A stretch of DNA of 64,000 nucleotides from Octopus vulgaris. Taxonomy: Eukaryota. The DNA is taken from contig OX597822.1 of assembly GCA_951406725.2 (NCBI GenBank), forward strand, positions 106,826,001-106,890,000, read 5' to 3'. The first letter of the stretch is position 1, and each line of letters begins with the position of its first letter. Shown one piece after another: positions 55,486 through 64,000 of the stretch. Under the pieces are notes generated by a model. It searched no databases. It had not been told where the DNA came from and was given only the letters and a program-made list of their open reading frames with translations. The position numbers were made by a program, and so were the translations under genes.

Positions 55486-56872
55486 TGTGTTTCCGACAGA
55501 AATCATTAGTGTCTGTTGTTTGTTTAATTCTCTTCGTTCTTACTGTTATTGCTGTCGTCATCTTTGTTGATTAAAAATTCTAATTACTGAAGTAATTATT
55601 TAATTTCAGTTTCACCTCAAAACTTAACAGTGTTCACTTTATTTTTTATTCCTTCAGGATGGAGAAAATGACTACCAGTCATGTACTGAGGTCTATCAAA
55701 TCGATTACATGTGTCCAATCGATATTTGTAATATTTAAGGCGGTGAACCGACAAAATACTCAGTATTGTTAACAAAATGCTCAGCGGAATTTCGTTCGTC
55801 TTTATTCTCTGAGTTCAAGGTCTACAGAGGTTGACTTTGCCTTCCGTCCACTTGGCATCGATAAAATAGATACCAGTTCAACGCTGGAGTCGATATAAAT
55901 GACTTATCTCTTCTCTAAATTTGCCGGCCTTGCGCCAAAATTTGGGACCAATATCTCTGACGTTTAAGACGGCAACCTGGCAGAATCGTTGGGGCAAAAA
56001 TAAGTACCAGTTGGACACTGGGGTCGATTTAAACGACTTACTCGTGACCCTAAATAGCTAGTCCTCTACCAAAATATGAATCCAATATTTGTGATCTTTT
56101 GCAAACGTTAGAAATGATAATTAGCTTTGGTTTTTCTTCTCTGATTATCGAAATCATTATTATATTACAAGTGTTTGTTGTTGTAATTGTTGTTATCCTT
56201 TAACATAATCAATGATATGGTTGTCTTTCTTGCTGCTATTACCGTTATTTATTTATTTTTGTATTCCCTGTGGCAGTCGAATTTATGGCTTTGTATTATG
56301 CCAGTGTAAGAAACTATATCTAATCCATAAATATTTTGTTTGTCCATTTCCAGTTCTTCTTTGATGTTCTTCTTTGAACGGCAACATATTTCGTTGTTAT
56401 TCCGATATCATTCGCTATGCTGATGTTTTTGTTGTGGTCGATGCAGTCGTCAGAATGTTTGTATACATCTAATCTTACTTTTGACAGACGACTCTCGATG
56501 CTAATATCATTGATAATTTATAAAGACCATATGGCTTCTCATTTATGGAACAGTTGTATCATGAACGCGTGATGATAGTAATTATCTCAGTTGTATTTAT
56601 CTTTTATCTTTTACTTGCCTTAGTCATGGGACTGCGGTAATACTGGGGCACTGCTATAAAGGGTTTAGTCGAACTAAATCGACCTTAGAATTTATTTGAG
56701 AATCTGATAATCATTCTATCGGCTTCTATTACCGAATCGCCGAGTTACATAAATAGAAGGAAACCAGCGTAGGTTGTGAAGCGGTGGGCGAAACACTCAA
56801 AGACACGCATACATATTATGTATATTTACAGAAATGTGTTACTGTTAAAATAAATCTTTCACTAACTACTAG

Positions 56873-57252
56873 GAAGCACTCCATCGGTTACGACGACGAG
56901 GGTTCCGGTTGATCCGATCAACGGAACAGCCTGCTCGTGAAATTAACGTGTAAGTGGCTGAGCACTCCACAGACACGTGTACCCTTACCGTAGTTCTCGG
57001 GGATATTCAGCGTGACACAGAGAGTGACAAGGCCGGCCCTTTGAAATACAGGTACAACAGAAACAGGAAGTAAGAGTGAGAGAAAGTTGTGGTGAAAGAG
57101 TACAGCAGGGATCACCACCATCCCCTGCCGGAGCCTCGTGGAGCTTTAGGTGTTTTCGCTCAATAAACACTCACAACGCCCGGTCTGGGAATCAAAACCG
57201 CGATCTTACGACAGCGAGTCCGCTGCCCTAACCACTGGGCCATTGCGCCTCC
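56873..57252 (-). mobile_element. SINE group C, full length, with 13-bp TSD
   Basis: cactaactactag at 56860-56872 and 57256-57268. Near-identical to 52051-52408. Confidence 0.92.
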
Positions 57253-57599
57253 ACTCACTAACTACTAGAGTCCTTCGAACTAATTAACCTAATGTTTTCA
57301 TAAAAGAAATGACAGACAAATTGCGTTATTTATGACAAGTAACTTTGCTTTAACATCTAGTAACTGTTTCTCACAGCTGTAGGGGTTGAGACCCTAAAAT
57401 CTAGTTCCTGTTTTCCACAGCTAAAGAAGAAGACTCCTCAAAATCTAGTATCTATTTCTCACAAACACAGGAAACGAATACCTTAAAATCTAGTACCTGT
57501 CTCTCACAGCCACAAAAAGTGAAAAGTAAAATAGTAAGAAATACCACAAATATCTTTTCCGCCAACAGTTTTGGCTGCTCGTTGCCCTTGGAGGGTCAG

Positions 57600-59130
57600 T
57601 AATAATGATTCTTTGTAGTTTTGACACAAAGCCATGAATTTTAGTGGGGAAGGAAGGAATAAATCAATTACATCGACTCCAGTGTTCATGTGGTATATAT
57701 TTTATCGAAAAAATGAAAGGCAAAGTCTACCTCTGCGACTCAGAACGCAAAGAACCGGAAAAAGTTCCAGTTAAGCATTTTACCCGATGCACAAACGATT
57801 TGGCCAAGGGTTAGTAATAATTCCTTCTAATATATCCATAAGACTATCAGGTTCGGGAGATGGAGTATGTCGATTAAGTCGACCTCAGTGATCAACTTGT
57901 ACTTATTTTATCGACCTCGAAAGGATGAAAGACAAATTCTGTCTCGGCGGAATTTGACCTTAGAACGTAGAGACGGACGGAATGCCGTTAAGCATTTCGT
58001 CCTGTGTGTTAACAATTCTACCAGCTTGCCGCTTAACACAGCTTTGCAATAATCCTTTCTAATATAGACACAAAGCGCGAAACTTGGAGGAGGTGCATAA
58101 TCGATTACATCGACCTCAGTACTTAACTGGTACTTATTTCATCGACCCCGAAAAGATGAAAGGTAAAGTCAACTTCGGCGGAATTTGAACTCAGAACATA
58201 AAGACAGATGAAATGCGGTGTGTTAAGGATTTTGCCTTACATACAGGTTAAAAATAATACTAATGGCTCAAAATTTTGACTCAAGGCCAGCAATTTAAGG
58301 AGAGAGGATAAGTCGATTATACCGACCCCAGTGCACAGCTGGGACGTATTTTATCGACCTTGAAAGGATGAAAGGCAAATTCGGCCTCGGTGGAATTTTA
58401 GCCCAGAACGTAAAGACGTACGAAATGCCGCAAAACATTTTGTCTGACATGCTAACGATTCGGTCAGCTCGTTGCCTTTCACGCCGCTTAGTAATAATAA
58501 TAATAATAATAATAATCCTTTCTACTAATGGCACAAGGCCCGAAATTTGTGGGGAAAGGACAAGTCGATTACACCGACCTCAGTTCTCAGTTGGCACTTA
58601 TTTATTCGACCCCGAAATAATGAAAGGCAAAATCGGCCTCGATGGAGTTTGAATTTAGAATGTGAAGGCAGACGAAAAGCCGCTAAGCATTTTGCTCGGT
58701 GGGCTAACGATTCTTATTTCTTTATTGCCCACAAGGGGCTAAACAGATAGGGGACAAACAAGGACAGACAAACGGATTAAGTTGATTATATCGACCCCAG
58801 TGCGTAACGTACTTATTTAATCAACGCCGAAAGGATGAAAGGCAAAGTCGACCCGGGCGGAATTTGAACTCAGAACGTAGCGGCAGATGAAATACCTATT
58901 TCTTTACTACCCACAAGGAGCTAAACACAGAGACGACAAGCACGGACAGATAAACGGATTAAGTCGTTTACATCGACCTCAGTGCGTAACTGGTACTTAT
59001 TTACTCGACCCCGAAAGAATGAAAGGCAAAATCGACCTCGGCGGAATTTGAACTCAGAACGTAAAGACAGACGAAATACTGCTACGCATTTCGCCCGGCG
59101 TGCTAACGTTTCTGCCAGCTCGTTGCCTTA
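57600..59130 (-). mobile_element. Tandem cluster of about 7 group B SINE units of different ages
   Basis: Repeated cores (gatgaaaggcaaagtcgacctcgg-like) at ~57715, 57925, 58155, 58370, 58620, 58835 and 59020, all in the same orientation. Confidence 0.85.
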
Positions 59131-60165
59131 CATGCCGGTTAGTAATAATATTAATGGCTAAGATATAACATAGTAACATGTACATGTTGCAAAATATCAA
59201 GTTCGGTGCCAACAAAACATGGTCCAGACTATATCTATCATTAATATAGTAATTGTTGCTATTGTAGCTTTCTTTATTTTCATTCTTTTTAGACCAAAAT
59301 TTTGACCGGAAATAAAAAACACAACGCTAAAACAGCAGCGAGAACAACAACAACCTTTGTATTAAATAAAGATGACACACTGAACCTGACTCGTATTTGG
59401 AAACTATTTACGGCAAACTAGCTCGTACAAGAACCATTTAACCATTCTCTGCGATATTCGCAATGCATGTGAAATTTTCTTTCGACTCTGTTTTATATTT
59501 GTCTCTCTGTCTCTCTCCTCTGTGTCTGTTCCTCTCTCTCTCTCCTCTGTGTCTGTTCCTCTCTCTCTCTCATTATCTCCCTCTTTCTGTTTTTAACTGT
59601 TTTGTTTTATTTGTTTTATTTTTCGTAATTGAATATAGGTTTTTTCTTATCATTTATTCATACACATTATCCGAATTACATTTTCTGTTTCCTATTAACA
59701 AATGTTTCTTCTGCTACTGTAAATATTCCTAAGTTATTTTTGACGATGACTCGAGGCGATAGGGTAGAAAAATCCATCGCCCCCACCCCCCACCACCACC
59801 AACTATGAAGAAAAGAAGCAAGCTCCCTGCCAAAACAAACAAAACTAACAGAAAGCAAAAACTCGAAACTCCAAGAAACATCAAAATCAAACGCATTGTT
59901 CCACTGTCATAAATAACAAAACACACGTACAAACGCCTACTTTCCTTTTGTCCTTCCACTACGCTCCGATAGTTCTGAAGATATTATTCCTTGGCGTAGC
60001 AGCAAAAGCAGAATCGAGCAAGAAGTTTATAGAAACATGTTCAGTGCTAAATGCTTGTTTTCAGAATAAGCTGAGGTTGGCGATTATTCCTCGTGAAATA
60101 TAGTAGCAGATTATTGTTGTTGTTGTTGTTATTATCATCATTGTAATTATTATTATTATTATTAT

Positions 60166-60337
60166 TCAGTAGTTTTATTTTTATAGCGTGCTTTCACTTC
60201 ACTACCGAGCGCAGCTCTCTGTGCCTAGGGTATGTGTTGTGATGCTCTGATGGTTATTGTATGGAAAGTGTTCTGCGTAGGATGTGTGCAGTGCCTAGTA
60301 GTGCAATTTTCTGTATGTTATATGTGTTTGTAAGTCC

Positions 60338-60338
<1 letters not shown>
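60166..60338 (-). mobile_element. Dong/R4-clade 3' end inserted in (TTA)n
   Basis: Reverse complement matches 42573-42730. (TTA)n on both sides. Confidence 0.85.
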
Positions 60339-60396
<58 letters not shown>

Positions 60397-61480
60397 GAAC
60401 TGGCAAAATCGTTAGTACGCCGGACGAAATGCTTAGTAGTGTTTCGTCTGCCATTACGTTGTGAGTTTCAAATTCCGCCGAGGTCGACTTTGCCTTTCAT
60501 CCTTTCGGGATCGATAAATTAAATACCAGTTACGCACTGGGGTCGATGTAATCGACTTAATCCGTTTGTCTCTCCTTGTTTGTCCTCTCAGAGTGTAGCC
60601 CCTTGTGGGTAATAAAGAAATAGGTATTGCGTCTGTCAAAGGCGGCGAACTGGCTGAAACGTAAGCACGCCGGGTATTTCGTCTGCCGCTACGTTCTGAG
60701 TTCAAATTCCGCCAAGGTCGACTTTGCCTTTCATCGTTTTAGAGTCTACATCGACTTAGTCCGTTTGTCTGTCCTTGTTTGTCCTCTCTGTGTTTAGCCC
60801 TTTGTGGGTAGTAAAGAAATAGGTATTGCGTCCGCCGTTACGTTATGAGTTCAAATTCCGTCGAAGTCGACTTTGCCTTTCATCCTTTCGGGGTAGATAA
60901 ATTAAGTACCAATTACGCACTGAGGTCGATATAATCGACTTAATCCCTTTGTCTGACCTTGTTTGCCCAATTCTATGTTTAGCCCCTTGTGGGTAGTAAA
61001 GAAATAGGTATTCCGTCTGCCGGTACGTTCTAAGTTCCAATTCCGCTTTTCATCATTTCGGGGTCCATAAATTAATTACCAGTGAAATACATGGGTCAAT
61101 ACAATCGACTTTCTCCCTCCCCCAAAATTTCAGGCCTTGTGCCTATAATAGAAATGATTATTAAGGCGGCGAGCTGGCAGAATCGTTAGCACGCTGGTCA
61201 ACGTGCTTAGCGGAATTTCGTGCGTCTTTATGTTCTGAGTTCAAATTCCACCGAGGTTGACTTTGCCTTTCATCGTTTTAGGGTCTACATAATAAGTACA
61301 AATTGAGTACTGGGGTCGATGTAATCGACTTAATCCCTTCCTCCAATAATACTCGCCTTGTGACTACAGTAGAAAAGATTATTACTATTATAGATGTTGT
61401 TATTGTTAAGGTGGCGAGCTGACGGAATCGTTGGTATACCGGATAGAATGCTTAACAGCATTTCGTTCGTCTTTACGTTC
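60397..61480 (+). mobile_element. Tandem cluster of group B SINE units
   Basis: Repeated cores at ~60480, 60715, 60865, 61045 and 61255 with aaataggtatt junctions. Confidence 0.85.
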
Positions 61481-61563
61481 AGTATAAATGTACATAGCTA
61501 CATACACACAAGGCCACAAATGTTGGCTACGTCCAAGCAGACTGTTTAAAGTCTTACCTGTTC

Positions 61564-61658
61564 AAAATTTTACCTGATGAAAGTTGATTGTATATTATGA
61601 TGTAATCTTTTACGGCTACATTAAATAATATTCTACCGAAACAACAGTCGTAAATTTT
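61564..61658 (+). ncRNA. Type I hammerhead ribozyme-like motif (probably a Penelope-derived relic)
   Basis: CTGATGA at 61574-61580, GAAAC at 61638-61642, GTC at 61647-61649. Stem I tttac/gtaaa. Long imperfect stem II. Confidence 0.55.
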
Positions 61659-61730
61659 AAACGACATTCACGTAACCTATGTTAACACTCACCCATATAT
61701 GTGTGTGTGATATTTTCATTTTTTCATTTC

Positions 61731-62017
61731 ATCTAGTTTCAGCTCACGAGCTGTGGCCATGCTGGGGCACCGCCATTAAAGCCCTTTTACAGCCTAGCCA
61801 GGCTCATGGGCCCGGTTTCCCGGTTTCTATGGCGTATGTGTTCTCCAGCTGGACGGGACGCCAGTTCATCGCAGCGTTACTCATTTTTGCCCCCTGAGTG
61901 GACTGGAGCAAGGTGAAATGAAGTGTTTTGCTCAAGAACAGAACGCGTCGCACGGTCCAGGAATCGAAACCACAATCTTACGGTCATGATGCTGACACCC
62001 CAACCACTAAGCCACGC
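61731..62017 (-). mobile_element. LINE tail fragment (61731-61777) next to a group C SINE with a V-domain-like segment (61786-62017)
   Basis: tctagtttcagctcacgagctgtggccatgctggggcaccgccatt; ggacgggacgccagttcatcgcag; head (rc) cgcgtggcttagtggttgggg. Confidence 0.75.
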
Positions 62018-62320
62018 GATATAGATATTTTTAAAGTAGACCTTTAAGTAATAGGGATGAGAAATTAGGCAAAATATGTGGAGTGATGACGATAAAGTCA
62101 TTCGATTACATCAAACTACATAGGTTTGTCTAATGGCTTTATTATATTTCGGATATATGCGATGGCCTTCCATACGGTTTTCATCTACTAAAAACATTCT
62201 CAAGGAATTTGTCAGCACAGGGCTATAATAGCAAACACTTGCCCGATGTGCTGTCCACTTAGTTTCACTGAAGTCGAAACCTAGTTTTTGCGAATCGTAC
62301 TTGTGAAAGAGTCACCGAAG

Positions 62321-62465
62321 ACGTCACTTAGCGGTTCGGCAAAAAGAGACCGAGAGAATAAGTACTGGGCTTACAAAGAATAAGTCCCGGGGTCGATTTG
62401 CTCGACTAAAGGCGGTGCTCCAGCATGGCCACAGTCAAATGACCGAAACAAGTAAAAGAGAAATA
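62321..62465 (+). mobile_element. SINE group A 3' portion
   Basis: cgtcacttagcggttcggc...aaacaagtaaaagag. Confidence 0.85.
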
Positions 62466-63264
62466 AAAAAGAATGTATTTTTCACTTAAAAAAATACGAG
62501 AGTAAATTGAAATAATGAATATACAAAAAAAAAAACAAACAAACAACCAAACAAGTGGGAAACGAGAATTTTACCAATGCCTTCTTTTTGGTAAGTTTCA
62601 AAGACTCTTGGGAAACCTTGTAGTAGTAAAAGAGACGCTTCGGTTGTTGTTGTTTTTGGTTGTTGCTGCTTAGAACCAGATCGGTTCTGACTGAATAGAA
62701 CACTGATTAAAGGTATTCCACTCTAAAGAAACCAATCATTTTTTATTTTCAGACGTAGAATATCTAGAAATGCATCATCAGGCTTATCCTTCCATTTTGA
62801 AGATGGCAGTGTATCAATTCTAACAGGTCGAGCGACGATGTAGAAGCTGGGAATGTAAACATCGTTGGTATACACAACTCGGAAAATACAACTTACATAT
62901 AAATGTATCTCCACACGCGCACACATAAACACCTACGCTCACTTTAAATAACTTTGCAAAAACTTGTACGCCAAGAGTATTGTCGTTATAAATTATTCAT
63001 AAAAATTGGAAAGCTAAAGAATATTCTGTCTCGTTATCTGATTGTAAGTTTCACAAAATTCAATTACGGATTACGCATCCAAGTTCTTATTAACATAACC
63101 AAAAAACAACACAGAGATTTTGATGTATTTCCAAAGAACACGCACGCACACACGCACACACAAACACACTTTCGTACGCACACACATGCGCACATACATA
63201 CACATGCAATACACACACGAACCTCCACGCACTTTTATTTCTATGTATATTTCTCTGTATATAT

Positions 63265-63472
<208 letters not shown>

Positions 63473-64000
63473 GACATTGACAAAGGTATATCAAATACTA
63501 TACGACAGAAATTGATGATTTATTAATATCCTCTTCACCTCTCGAGTATGTGTAATAATTATTAACCGTTGATTGAAACCAGTTCCATATGGACAAGGGA
63601 GATAACCTCAAGAAAAAGAATTCTCCAGTGTTGATTTACTACAAAAGAAAAGGGCAGAATCATTGTCTGAAGATAAGAGGGCAGTCAGGGGTATGTGTTT
63701 CTATTTCAATTGGCGTCATCAGCACGACAGTTGTACATGTATGTATGTATCTGTCTATGAGTGTGTATTTATGCGTGAGTGCGTGCGTGCTTATGTGTAC
63801 GGTTGTTTGTGTTTGTGTCATACCTTGCGTGTCATTTCTGCTAAACATGTTGCTTTTTGAGATCATTTTAACCTAGTATCTCTAAACACGAACATTGATC
63901 CCATTTGTATTTACTTCAATGTAACAAACAGCCGAGTTTAACGACCCGTTATTAATTAAGCTCTTGATTACTGTAGATTTAATTTTTTGATGTGCGAATA

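Noticed and set aside
55620-55700. Plus-strand acceptor-like site (ttattccttcag|GATGGAG) suggesting an antisense exon
   Set aside because: No convincing donor or recognisable peptide follows, and such motifs are common in AT-rich DNA.

Overview
Eukaryotic, very repeat-rich DNA. The SINE families, microsatellite load and the one exon point to an octopus/coleoid cephalopod genome (inference). The only host coding sequence I can support is a minus-strand exon at 1-197 encoding TM2-TM3 of a GABA-A receptor beta-like (LCCH3-type) Cys-loop subunit. I found no upstream (TM1/extracellular) exon, so 198-64000 is probably one intron of more than 63 kb. It is filled with three tRNA-derived SINE groups, non-autonomous Helitrons, mariner relics, an 8-bp-TSD MITE, fragments of CR1/L2-like, RTE, Dong/R4 and Penelope-like retroelements, and many microsatellites. 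Nearly all ORFs in the supplied track are translated microsatellites. Most notable: hammerhead-ribozyme-like motifs and near-perfect palindromes in Penelope-like relics, a SINE/LINE pair sharing a covarying 3' stem-loop, SINE multimers with a fixed junction, a head-to-tail Helitron dimer with swapped cargo, and a TSD-flanked inverted copy of a nearby low-complexity tract inside a mariner. I found no convincing wholly new multi-gene system. Repeat coordinates are approximate (about 10 bp).
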